NCBI GenBank assembly: GCA_037440465.1
Contig: JBBIUB010000001.1
Coordinates: 92,415 to 156,414, forward strand
Source of the DNA: Coprothermobacterota bacterium
GTDB taxonomy: Bacteria > Coprothermobacterota > HKB111
Reading direction: 5' to 3'
Length of the DNA stretch: 64,000 nucleotides
Shown here: one piece after another, positions 9,108 to 17,016 of the stretch
Position numbering within the stretch: position 1 is the stretch's first letter
Layout of the letters: every line of letters begins with the position of its first letter
Translations under genes and position numbers: made by a program
The notes under the pieces: model-generated
What the model was told of the DNA's origin: nothing
Databases searched by the model: none
The model's input: only the letters and a program-made list of their open reading frames with translations

Positions 9108-11037
9108 CCTTCCTCCTTATAACCCTACCATAACTTTCCAGCTCCAGAGCTACATCTTCCAAGCCAGCTTCAGCCAGGGTTTCGTAATAAAAATTACTCG
9201 TCTCAGAATCATATTTCCTGACTTCATAATATTCCTTAAGCATTGGTTCCAGTTTACATACCTGCCCTTTAGCTGGGCCAGAGGGCATTGGTTCTTCGGT
9301 AAAACGAGGGTGTAAGGTATCTTTTGAAAGTCCAGCTCTCATATTAAAGGCTCTTCTAAGGTGAGCGATTCTTCTTGCTAACTTTCTTACTTCCTCAACA
9401 TCTAAGTATTTTCTAAGACCTGTTGAGTAAGCAATAACTTTAGAGAACTCTGGAAAATAATAAATGGGAGGCCACATAACCCCGTACTTACAGAGAATAA
9501 GAGAATCACAGATAGCAAAGGCTTCCTCCTGGTCAGCTACCATGTATCCTTTATAAGTTTCATCCAGTAGATTACAGCAGATATCAGGATCAAGATGAGG
9601 AAACCGCTCTAAGGATTTGTTTCTGAAGCCCAGTTCATCAATGATACTCAAGCTTCTAAGGTGATCTGCCCCCCTTACATTGATTGCATAAGTAAGTCCA
9701 ACAGATTTATGAGCTCTTGGATCTTGAGCAGAGGCGTCCATACCATTTACTTCTATAGCATACCTTTCCGCTCCTTTTCCAATCTTCTTTGAAGCAAGAT
9801 AAACCCCTTCAGCCAGTACATCACCAATTCCTTCTCTTCTTACTATCATCTCAAGAAGTTTAAGAGCTACATCTCCGTCTCCCCATTTAATCTCTAAACC
9901 ATCTGTATCTTCTTTTGTCAGGATGCCTTTCTCAAAAAGCTCCATAGCAAAAGCTACCATAGAACCAGTAGAGATAGTATCAACCCCATAAGCATTAGCA
10001 AGATAATTAGCCCTAACAGGTATGTCCAGGTCAGAAACCATGATATTAGGACCCCAGGCATCTACTGTCTCATATTCTGGTCCTTCAGACTTCGTGCCAG
10101 AATACTTTCCTTCTTTTATCAAGGAGAAGTACTTACATTGAATGCCACAACCAAAACATGATTTATGGGCTATACGATAACCTTTCCTTATAGCTTCTCC
10201 ACCTACCTTCTCAATTTCCGGGTAAAATCCATCGTAATGATTTTTAACTGGAAGTCGACCAATGGTATTCATGGCATCCATAAGACCGGTAGTACCATAT
10301 TTTCTGGAAGTATGTTTAATGTAGTTGGACCATTCTCCATATTTATGTTCTTTAAACATTTGGGTTGAAAAATCCATAAATTCTTGAGAATGTTTGACTC
10401 TTACAGGAAGGCTACCTCTTACTGCAATTGCTTTAAGATTCTTTGAGCCCAGAACAGCACCTATGCCTGTTCGTCCTGCAGCTCGATAGTAATCAGACAT
10501 TACTGCAGAAAAACGAACCAGTTTTTCACCTGCAGGACCAATGGTAAGAACTCTGATATCTGGATCATTATGTTCTTTTTCCAGCATAGCAGTAGTATCA
10601 AAGGTTGTTTTTCCCCATAAATGGGAAGCGTTTCTTATTTCTACTCTTTCATCTTCTATAAAAAGATATACTGGAGAATCTGATTTACCAGTAATAACAA
10701 TTAAATCATAGCCAGCATACTTAAGCTCAGGACCAAAAAAACCACCTGCATGAGCTTCTCCCCAGCGAAGCGTTTGAGGAGATAAAGACGCTACCATATA
10801 TCTACCCGAAGGCGGAAAGAGAGTTCCAGTTATTGGACCCACTGCCAAAACAAAGACATTCTCAGGAGATAATGGGTTTATACCTTGCTTTATATTATCC
10901 CAGAGAACTTTAGCAGCAAAACCGTCTCCACCAAGATAATCTTTAGCCCAAGAAATAGGTAATTCTCTTTTTTCTACTTTCCCTGAAGATAGGTCTACGA
11001 AGATATACTTACCCTGATAACCTCCAAGAGGATACAT
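9094..11037 (-). CDS. Aldehyde:ferredoxin oxidoreductase (AOR) family tungstopterin enzyme, paralog 1
   Basis: 647 aa. N-terminal GKYIFVDLSSGKV...YLGGDGFAAK, a CFGCGIQC (CxxCxxxC) cluster motif, GPEYETV, and RGADHLRS blocks typical of AOR/FOR. Confidence 0.9.
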   Translation of the reverse strand: MYPLGGYQGKYIFVDLSSGKVEKRELPISWAKDYLGGDGFAAKVLWDNIKQGINPLSPENVFVLAVGPITGTLFPPSGRYMVASLSPQTLRWGEAHAGGFFGPELKYAGYDLIVITGKSDSPVYLFIEDERVEIRNASHLWGKTTFDTTAMLEKEHNDPDIRVLTIGPAGEKLVRFSAVMSDYYRAAGRTGIGAVLGSKNLKAIAVRGSLPVRVKHSQEFMDFSTQMFKEHKYGEWSNYIKHTSRKYGTTGLMDAMNTIGRLPVKNHYDGFYPEIEKVGGEAIRKGYRIAHKSCFGCGIQCKYFSLIKEGKYSGTKSEGPEYETVDAWGPNIMVSDLDIPVRANYLANAYGVDTISTGSMVAFAMELFEKGILTKEDTDGLEIKWGDGDVALKLLEMIVRREGIGDVLAEGVYLASKKIGKGAERYAIEVNGMDASAQDPRAHKSVGLTYAINVRGADHLRSLSIIDELGFRNKSLERFPHLDPDICCNLLDETYKGYMVADQEEAFAICDSLILCKYGVMWPPIYYFPEFSKVIAYSTGLRKYLDVEEVRKLARRIAHLRRAFNMRAGLSKDTLHPRFTEEPMPSGPAKGQVCKLEPMLKEYYEVRKYDSETSNFYYETLAEAGLEDVALELESYGRVIRRKDGGS

Positions 11038-11039
11038 TG

Positions 11040-11528
11040 CTAACCTTCCTTCTGTATAAGAGAAATATATTTCAACATCTTTTCTGCTCCCAGCCTCTTT
11101 TTTCTTAAGCCAACTTTATCTGCTGCGGCATATTCAATAGCCTCAACAGGACAAAACTCTACACATTTAGGGGTTCCACCACATAAATCACATTTCATGG
11201 CAACTTTCTTTAAAGAATGAACCGAAGCACCCCCAAAAGGGCAAACCATAATACAGGTATAACATCCAATACACTTCTTTTCATTTAAAAGTACAACTCT
11301 CAACTGACTATCCCTATAAAGAGCCCGAGAGGGGCAAGACTCCAGGCACAAAGCAGTTTCACATTGCTGGCAAGTTATAGGTATGTCTATACCATCTCTC
11401 TTAAAACTGACCACCGAAATCCGGGAAAGCCTTGGATTAAAGACACCTTCGTGCTCAAAAGAGCATGCCAGTTCACAGATACGACAACCGGTACATTTAT
11501 CAAGATCTACTATAAGTAATTTATCCAT
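11040..11528 (-). CDS. Four-cluster 4Fe-4S ferredoxin-like electron-transfer subunit (AorA/DmsB-like)
   Basis: 162 aa with CTGCRICELAC, CQQCETALCLESCP, CIGCYTCIMVCP and CDLCGGTPKCVEFCP motifs. Abuts the AOR gene. Confidence 0.85.
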   Translation of the reverse strand: MDKLLIVDLDKCTGCRICELACSFEHEGVFNPRLSRISVVSFKRDGIDIPITCQQCETALCLESCPSRALYRDSQLRVVLLNEKKCIGCYTCIMVCPFGGASVHSLKKVAMKCDLCGGTPKCVEFCPVEAIEYAAADKVGLRKKRLGAEKMLKYISLIQKEG

Positions 11529-11756
11529 TTAACCTCCACCTATAGACCAGAGAATTTTAACCTGGTCTCCGTTCTTTAATGGTGTTTCCATGCTCTTGAA
11601 ACTTTCATTTACCAGGATTAGGAAAGGGGCAAAAGAAGGAAGTTCTAAATGAGTTATTAGATCTGAAACAGTTGAGTCTTCTAACAACCCTATTACTTCT
11701 TCCCTACCCTGGTAAAATTCCCGTAATGGTCCAAAAACGCTTACTTTAATCTTCAT
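11529..11756 (-). CDS. MoaD/ThiS-family ubiquitin-like sulfur-carrier protein
   Basis: 75 aa, beta-grasp size, ending ...GDQVKILWSIGGG with the C-terminal Gly-Gly typical of MoaD/ThiS. Directly abuts the ferredoxin gene. Confidence 0.65.
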   Translation of the reverse strand: MKIKVSVFGPLREFYQGREEVIGLLEDSTVSDLITHLELPSFAPFLILVNESFKSMETPLKNGDQVKILWSIGGG

Positions 11757-11805
11757 AATAATTGTTTTTCTCCCACTTTGCTGCTAATTAAGGTTGGAAG
11801 ATTCC

Positions 11806-11831
11806 GTGACATGTAATGTGTGACATGTAAT
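11806..11831. repeat. Direct repeat, 2 x 12 nt (gtgacatgtaat) separated by 2 nt
   Basis: Read directly at 11806-11817 and 11820-11831, in the 176-nt spacer between the two AOR operons. Confidence 0.8.
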
Positions 11832-11932
11832 AAGTAATATGAAATCTGTGAAATGTAAATTATAATTATCTCTCATCGCTTGTCTCCTTTAATCTATAAT
11901 CTGTTAATTATTACTCGTTACTCATCACCCAC

Positions 11933-13828
11933 TTATTCATAATAGCCTTCCGGTAAATCAGGGATAAGCTCATCTAATCCTAATTCTTTGAGTGTTGAAG
12001 GTCTGGGAATACCGTCCAAGGTCCATCCTCTCTCTTTATAATAATCATCTAACATATAAGACAATTCTACAACCTGCCCTTTAGCGCCACCTTCTGTGGC
12101 TTTTTCCTTTAAGAGCCGCTCCGGTAGCGTATCTTCTTTACGAGAAAGACCCAAACGTACGTTGTACATCCTCTGGAGATTAATAATCCTCTCGCCTAAC
12201 TTTTCAAGTTCTTTTATACTATAATCCCAACCTACTGTCAATTTCAGGGCTTTTGTAAGCTCTTCATAACCTAAAGTTGGTGGAACCATCGTCCCATATT
12301 TGCAAACTACTGATGACTCTACTACAGCTCCCCAGTTCTCATTAACATAAATCATATGCCCCTTATGGACAGGGTTTAATCTGTCAGCCATTTCGGGCAT
12401 ATACTTTGCTCCATAGATTCTTTCTACTTCTTCGTCAAATCCACCTTCATCCAAAACTGGAAAAGCATAAAGATGGTCAGCTCCCCGAGCAGAAACTGCT
12501 ATGGCTAAACCCATGGATTTTTGACCTCTTGGCTCCTGGCCAGCTATTTCCATTTTTTTAACTGCCATCACATAATTTATTGCTTCCCCACCTATTATCT
12601 GAGCTGCTTTAAAAGAACCTTCAGCTAAGAGGTTAGCTAAGGGGCCTTCACGATAAGCGATGCGTTTAGTGAGTTCAACGACTGTCTCAGCATCTCCAAA
12701 GAAAAGATCTAAATCATCTCTGTACTCAACGGGTAGGAGTCCAAGATCTGCCAATTCCATAGCAAAGGAAATGACAGCACCCGTACCGATAGTATCTAAA
12801 CCAAGATTATTGCAGAGATAACCAGCATAAATAATCGCTTCAAGATCGTTAACACCACAACGAGAACCAAGGGCAGCTACTGTCTCAAACTCAGGACCCC
12901 CTGTAATACAGCTATATTTACCTTCTTTTACCTGGCAATACCTCCCACAACGCTGAGCACAGGAGAAATCAGCCCGAGGTTTTATCAGATATTTATCTCT
13001 GAGCTCTTTGCCACTTATTAGATGAGCATCTTTAAAATAACCTGAGCGGAGGTTGTTTGTAGGGAGCCTTCCTATTTCAGACATAATCTCTGTAAGACCA
13101 GCAGTACCATAAATCACACGTGTACCTGCAATTGGGTCTTGAATAAGTTTCTGAATTAATTCTTTCATATAAGGAAGATAATTTATCTTATCAAAGACTT
13201 CTATACCCTGGTTTCCTTTAACTACTATTGCCTTAACTTTTTTTGAACCCATTACAGCTCCCACTCCTGAGCGAGCTGCTACCCTATCCCTATCGTTCAC
13301 TATTGAAGAAATAAGAACCAATTTTTCACCTGAAGGACCTATGGATATAATCCTCACATCACTCCCAAGTTCATTCTTTATTATATCTTCTGTTTCATGA
13401 ACAGTCTTACCCCAGATATGAGTGGCTTCCTTAATTAAAACCCTATCATTATTAATATAAATATAAACAGGTTCGGCTGAACTACCTTCAAGCACCAAAC
13501 CATCATATCCAGCGAATTTAAGTTCAGGAGCCCAATGGCCTGCAGAATGTGCTTCACCCCATATGCCAGTCAAAGGTGATTTTGTGGTAACCACATAGCG
13601 ATTGCCCTGTGGCCAGAGAGTACCAGTCAAAGGACCGGTAAAGACGAATAATTTGTTTTCTGATGATAAAGGTTCTACTTCTGCACCTACTTCATGATAA
13701 AGAAAATAAGAAGCAAGTCCCGTTCCCCCCAGATATTTAATCAGAAGTTGATCATCCAAACTTTCTTTTTTGTAGCTTTTATCATCCAGATTTATTCTAA
13801 GAATCTGTCCTCTGTATCCCTTATTCAC
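11933..13828 (-). CDS. Aldehyde:ferredoxin oxidoreductase (AOR) family enzyme, paralog 2
   Basis: 631 aa. GQILRINLDD...YLGGTGLASY, GPEFETV and RGADHLYA blocks. The cluster motif reads SCAQRCGRYC (Cx3Cx3C), not the usual CxxCxxxC. Confidence 0.9.
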   Translation of the reverse strand: MNKGYRGQILRINLDDKSYKKESLDDQLLIKYLGGTGLASYFLYHEVGAEVEPLSSENKLFVFTGPLTGTLWPQGNRYVVTTKSPLTGIWGEAHSAGHWAPELKFAGYDGLVLEGSSAEPVYIYINNDRVLIKEATHIWGKTVHETEDIIKNELGSDVRIISIGPSGEKLVLISSIVNDRDRVAARSGVGAVMGSKKVKAIVVKGNQGIEVFDKINYLPYMKELIQKLIQDPIAGTRVIYGTAGLTEIMSEIGRLPTNNLRSGYFKDAHLISGKELRDKYLIKPRADFSCAQRCGRYCQVKEGKYSCITGGPEFETVAALGSRCGVNDLEAIIYAGYLCNNLGLDTIGTGAVISFAMELADLGLLPVEYRDDLDLFFGDAETVVELTKRIAYREGPLANLLAEGSFKAAQIIGGEAINYVMAVKKMEIAGQEPRGQKSMGLAIAVSARGADHLYAFPVLDEGGFDEEVERIYGAKYMPEMADRLNPVHKGHMIYVNENWGAVVESSVVCKYGTMVPPTLGYEELTKALKLTVGWDYSIKELEKLGERIINLQRMYNVRLGLSRKEDTLPERLLKEKATEGGAKGQVVELSYMLDDYYKERGWTLDGIPRPSTLKELGLDELIPDLPEGYYE

Positions 13829-14222
13829 GGAAATCCTCCTTTAGCTCTATGACTCCAGAGGGACAAATTGTGACACATTTCTCACAGACCTCGCAGATGA
13901 GGGGTGTTTTTTTCTCAGGATGAAGACTCACAGCTTCATAAGGACAGATTTCTTCACAGATTCCACATAAGATGCATAGTTCCTCATCAATAGATACCAC
14001 TCCCTCTTTTTTTCTCAAAGCCAGAGTCGAGCAATTATCAATACAAGGTGCGGGTTCACAATTTTGACAGAACTTCACTTCGTCCCTGCTATCATCAAAA
14101 CGTTTGGTTTTAGCCCGAGATACAGCAGGATTTATCACTCCATAATGAACGAAAGAACAAACAGATTCATGTATCCTGCACCCCGTACAAACAAGAGGGT
14201 TAACCTTCAAATGGCGACCCAT
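13821..14222 (-). CDS. 4Fe-4S ferredoxin-like subunit partnered with AOR paralog 2
   Basis: 133 aa. CQNCEPAPCIDNC, CILCGICEEICP and CEVCEKCVTICP motifs. The first motif is CTGCRIHESVC, with His where the third Cys is expected. 8-nt overlap with AOR2. Confidence 0.8.
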   Translation of the reverse strand: MGRHLKVNPLVCTGCRIHESVCSFVHYGVINPAVSRAKTKRFDDSRDEVKFCQNCEPAPCIDNCSTLALRKKEGVVSIDEELCILCGICEEICPYEAVSLHPEKKTPLICEVCEKCVTICPSGVIELKEDFRE

Positions 14223-14404
14223 TCCTTTTTCTCCTTTTTACATTCCATACTTGACTCCGTGAAACCTTTTTTCTATTTAACTAAATGATTGTTTAAACAA
14301 AGATTTATATTTACTATTAAAACACATAAAGAGAATAAATTGTTACAAATAGTACAAGTATTTATCATCTATGTTGTGCTATAATTCAAAATAGGAACTC
14401 ATAA

Positions 14405-15205
14405 ATGGAAAGGTATAAAGTACAAACAAGATTCAAGGAAATAGGAGAAGGTGGTCAGGCTAAATTAGCTGAAGGAAGAGTTTGTATTATTGGCCTGGGG
14501 GGTCTTGGGGGGTTTTTAAGCGAACTTCTTACCAGGGCGGGTGTTGGTCGAATAACCCTTATAGATTTTGATTCAGTTGAAATATCCAACCTACAAAGAC
14601 AGATTCTTTACAACGAAGATGATGCAAATGAAGGAAAGTTAAAAGTAGAAACCGCATTAGAGAAACTTAGTAAAATAAACAGTGAAATAGACTTAGTTGG
14701 TTATTCTCTGTACCTTTCTCCGCAGAATGCTGAAAAATTCTTACTTGGTCATGACTTGATCCTTGATGGAACTGACAACTATGGAACCCGTTATTTATTA
14801 AATGACATTGCTGTTAAACATTCAATCCCCTGGATATTCCAGGCAGTTGCTGGAGCTTATGGTATGGCATCAATGATAATTCCTGGGGAAACACCTTGTC
14901 TGAAAGAAATATTACCTGAAGATATTAGCTCTCAGGCTCTACATTGTTCCACTGTAGGTGTAATCTCACCTATCATAGCATCAACAACTGCTTTTACTAT
15001 TACTCAAACATTAAAGTTTTTAACCCAAGGCAAAGAAAACATCGATAGAGGTCTGGCTTTGATAGACCTTTGGCATCCATCTTTTGAATTAATAGAATTG
15101 AATAAAAACCTTCAAGATCCTTGTCCTGTATGCGAATTGAGAAAATTTGAATACCTGGAAGGTGATAAATTTCCCAAACCAAGTGTTAAAGGATCTGCTT
15201 GTTAA
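14405..15205 (+). CDS. ThiF/MoeB/HesA-family E1-like adenylyltransferase
   Basis: 266 aa. Nucleotide loop IIGLGGLGG, DFDSVEISNLQRQ, a conserved Cys region HCSTVGVISP, and a C-terminal CPVC zinc motif. Confidence 0.8.
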   Translation: MERYKVQTRFKEIGEGGQAKLAEGRVCIIGLGGLGGFLSELLTRAGVGRITLIDFDSVEISNLQRQILYNEDDANEGKLKVETALEKLSKINSEIDLVGYSLYLSPQNAEKFLLGHDLILDGTDNYGTRYLLNDIAVKHSIPWIFQAVAGAYGMASMIIPGETPCLKEILPEDISSQALHCSTVGVISPIIASTTAFTITQTLKFLTQGKENIDRGLALIDLWHPSFELIELNKNLQDPCPVCELRKFEYLEGDKFPKPSVKGSAC

Positions 15206-15220
15206 TATAAAGGAGGAAGA

Positions 15221-15559
15221 ATGTATAAGGTTTATGAAAAAGAAGTTAAACCCGAAATAGTTGAAGAGGGTAAAGCTGCTACTATCAAATGGATATTACA
15301 TAAAGGTATTGGGGTACCAAACTTTGAGTTGCGTATTTTTGAGATTCAACCAGGCGGGCGTACACCTGAACATGTGCATCATTGGGAACATGAAGTGTAT
15401 GTATTATCTGGTAATGGGAAGGTTAAAAGTGAAAGGGGGGATGCAGAGTTAAAACCTGGAGTGGCAGTATTTGTTCCTCCTCAGGAAAAACATGTTTTTG
15501 TAAATGATGGGGAGGAAGAATTAAAGTTTATCTGTGTTATACCTCGTAGAGAGGGATAA
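15221..15559 (+). CDS. Small cupin-domain protein (metal-binding)
   Basis: 112 aa. Cupin motif 1 GGRTPEHVHHWEHEVYVLSGNG and motif 2 PPQEKHVFVND. Confidence 0.7.
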   Translation: MYKVYEKEVKPEIVEEGKAATIKWILHKGIGVPNFELRIFEIQPGGRTPEHVHHWEHEVYVLSGNGKVKSERGDAELKPGVAVFVPPQEKHVFVNDGEEELKFICVIPRREG

Positions 15560-15567
15560 AAATACTC

Positions 15568-15597
15568 TTGACAGGAACCAATATAGATGAGTAAAAT
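15568..15597 (+). promoter_or_regulatory. Sigma-70-type promoter candidate for the BMP-ABC operon
   Basis: TTGACA (15568-15573), 18-nt spacer, TAAAAT (15592-15597), about 68 nt upstream of the GTG start. Confidence 0.45.
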
Positions 15598-15665
15598 CAT
15601 ATTGTAATTATGCAGTACTCATTTATAATAAACTGCAAAATTTAAAAAAAATTAGGAGGTATAAA

Positions 15666-16928
15666 GTGAGGAAATTTTTAATAGGTTCGTTGGTTGTAAC
15701 TTTAATTTTAGGTTCACTTTCACTGTTTTTTTCTCTTACCTCTAACAGCCTTGTAGAAGCTGGAGAAAAAATCAAGATTGGTTTGGTAACTGATGTAGGT
15801 GGGAGAGGAGACAAATCGTTTAACGATTCTGCCTTAAGAGGTCTGGAAAACTGGGCTGCTGGCTTAAAGATGGTTGCTGGTGTTGGTTATCAAGCATTAA
15901 CCGATGCAGAGTACAACAAAATCATTGAAGATGAAGCACCAGGTTTGCTGGATCGTGGTATAAGGAAGTTTGATGTCGAACCCATGATTCTTGAATCAAA
16001 AGCTAGTGAAGACTATATACCTAATCTTAAAACCTTAGCTGATCAGGGTTGTAAACTCGTTATTGGCGTTGGTTTCATGCTTACTGATGCTATTGAAGAA
16101 GTTGCCCCTCTCTATCCAAACACTTACTTTATGTTAATTGATGGTTTTATTGAGACACCTCCTCCAAATGTAGTATGCTACTTATTCAAAGAAGAAGAAG
16201 GCTCATTCCTGGTTGGAGCTCTGGTTGGTAAAATGACCACTACAAATAAAGTCGGCTTCGTTGGAGGAATGGACTTATTTATCATTCACAGATTTGAAGC
16301 AGGTTATAAAGCAGGCTTAAAAACAGTTAATCCCGACGCAGAAACATTTGTAGGATACACAGGAAATTTCACCAGCGCTGAAGATGGTCAGAAAATTGCT
16401 AAAACACAGTTCGACCAGGGAGCAGACATTGTCTACCATGCTTCCGGTGCTTGTGGAATTGGTGTAATCGAAGAAGCAAAAGGAAGACCTGCAGGCTACT
16501 ACGCTGTTGGAGTTGACTCTGACCAGGATTACCTCGCTCCTGGTAAGGTTCTTACATCGATGATAAAGCACGTAGATTACGCTGTATGGCTTTCCATAGA
16601 ATCAGTTGTAATTAATACCTTCACAAGTGGCCATGTTACCCTTGGTGTTAAAGAGGGTGGCGTTGGTATTTCACCATTAAAATATACTAAAGACTTAATT
16701 CCATTAGCCGTCCTTGATGAAGTAGAAGAACTTAAAGACATGATAATTGCTGGCGACATCAAAGTTCCAGCATCAAGAGAAGAGTACGATGAGTGGGTAA
16801 AAACGCTTGCGGAAGAACCAGAACCAGAAGAACCTGCTAAAAAGACAAATTGGTTGTTAATTGCAGGACTTATTGTTGTTGCTTTAGCTATCGTTAAATT
16901 CCTCTTTTTGAAAGGTAAGAAAAAATAG
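15666..16928 (+). CDS. BMP-family (PnrA/Med-like) ABC substrate-binding protein, probably nucleoside-binding, with C-terminal membrane anchor
   Basis: 420 aa. IKIGLVTDVGGRGDKSFND and VGVDSDQ blocks of the BMP family. N-terminal signal peptide without lipobox Cys. C-terminus EPEPEEPAKKTNW-LLIAGLIVVALAIVKFLFL-KGKKK. Confidence 0.85.
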   Translation: MRKFLIGSLVVTLILGSLSLFFSLTSNSLVEAGEKIKIGLVTDVGGRGDKSFNDSALRGLENWAAGLKMVAGVGYQALTDAEYNKIIEDEAPGLLDRGIRKFDVEPMILESKASEDYIPNLKTLADQGCKLVIGVGFMLTDAIEEVAPLYPNTYFMLIDGFIETPPPNVVCYLFKEEEGSFLVGALVGKMTTTNKVGFVGGMDLFIIHRFEAGYKAGLKTVNPDAETFVGYTGNFTSAEDGQKIAKTQFDQGADIVYHASGACGIGVIEEAKGRPAGYYAVGVDSDQDYLAPGKVLTSMIKHVDYAVWLSIESVVINTFTSGHVTLGVKEGGVGISPLKYTKDLIPLAVLDEVEELKDMIIAGDIKVPASREEYDEWVKTLAEEPEPEEPAKKTNWLLIAGLIVVALAIVKFLFLKGKKK

Positions 16929-16970
16929 CAGGAGTATAACTTTTTAAAATACACTTTTAAGCCAAAGGAA

Positions 16971-17000
16971 AAGGGTGGGAAGAAATCCCACCCTTTTCTT
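16971..17000 (+). terminator. Intrinsic terminator/attenuator hairpin after the binding-protein gene
   Basis: Perfect 10-bp stem AAGGGTGGGA (16971-16980) / TCCCACCCTT (16986-16995), 5-nt loop, then TTCTT. Lies between the SBP gene and the ATPase gene. Confidence 0.6.
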
Positions 17001-17016
17001 AACGGAGGTGAAAGAT

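Noticed and set aside
14377-14385. Extended -10 (TGCTATAAT) as the promoter for the ThiF-like gene.
   Set aside because: There is no acceptable -35, and it would leave a leader of only about 13 nt with a weak SD. Plausible but not supportable without transcript data.
15598-15665. Possible purine riboswitch or operator in the leader of the nucleoside-type ABC operon (6-bp inverted repeat TGCAGT ... ACTGCA at 15611-15637).
   Set aside because: The leader is only about 65 nt, too short for a purine aptamer and lacking its conserved junction bases. A 6-bp inverted repeat is not statistically meaningful.
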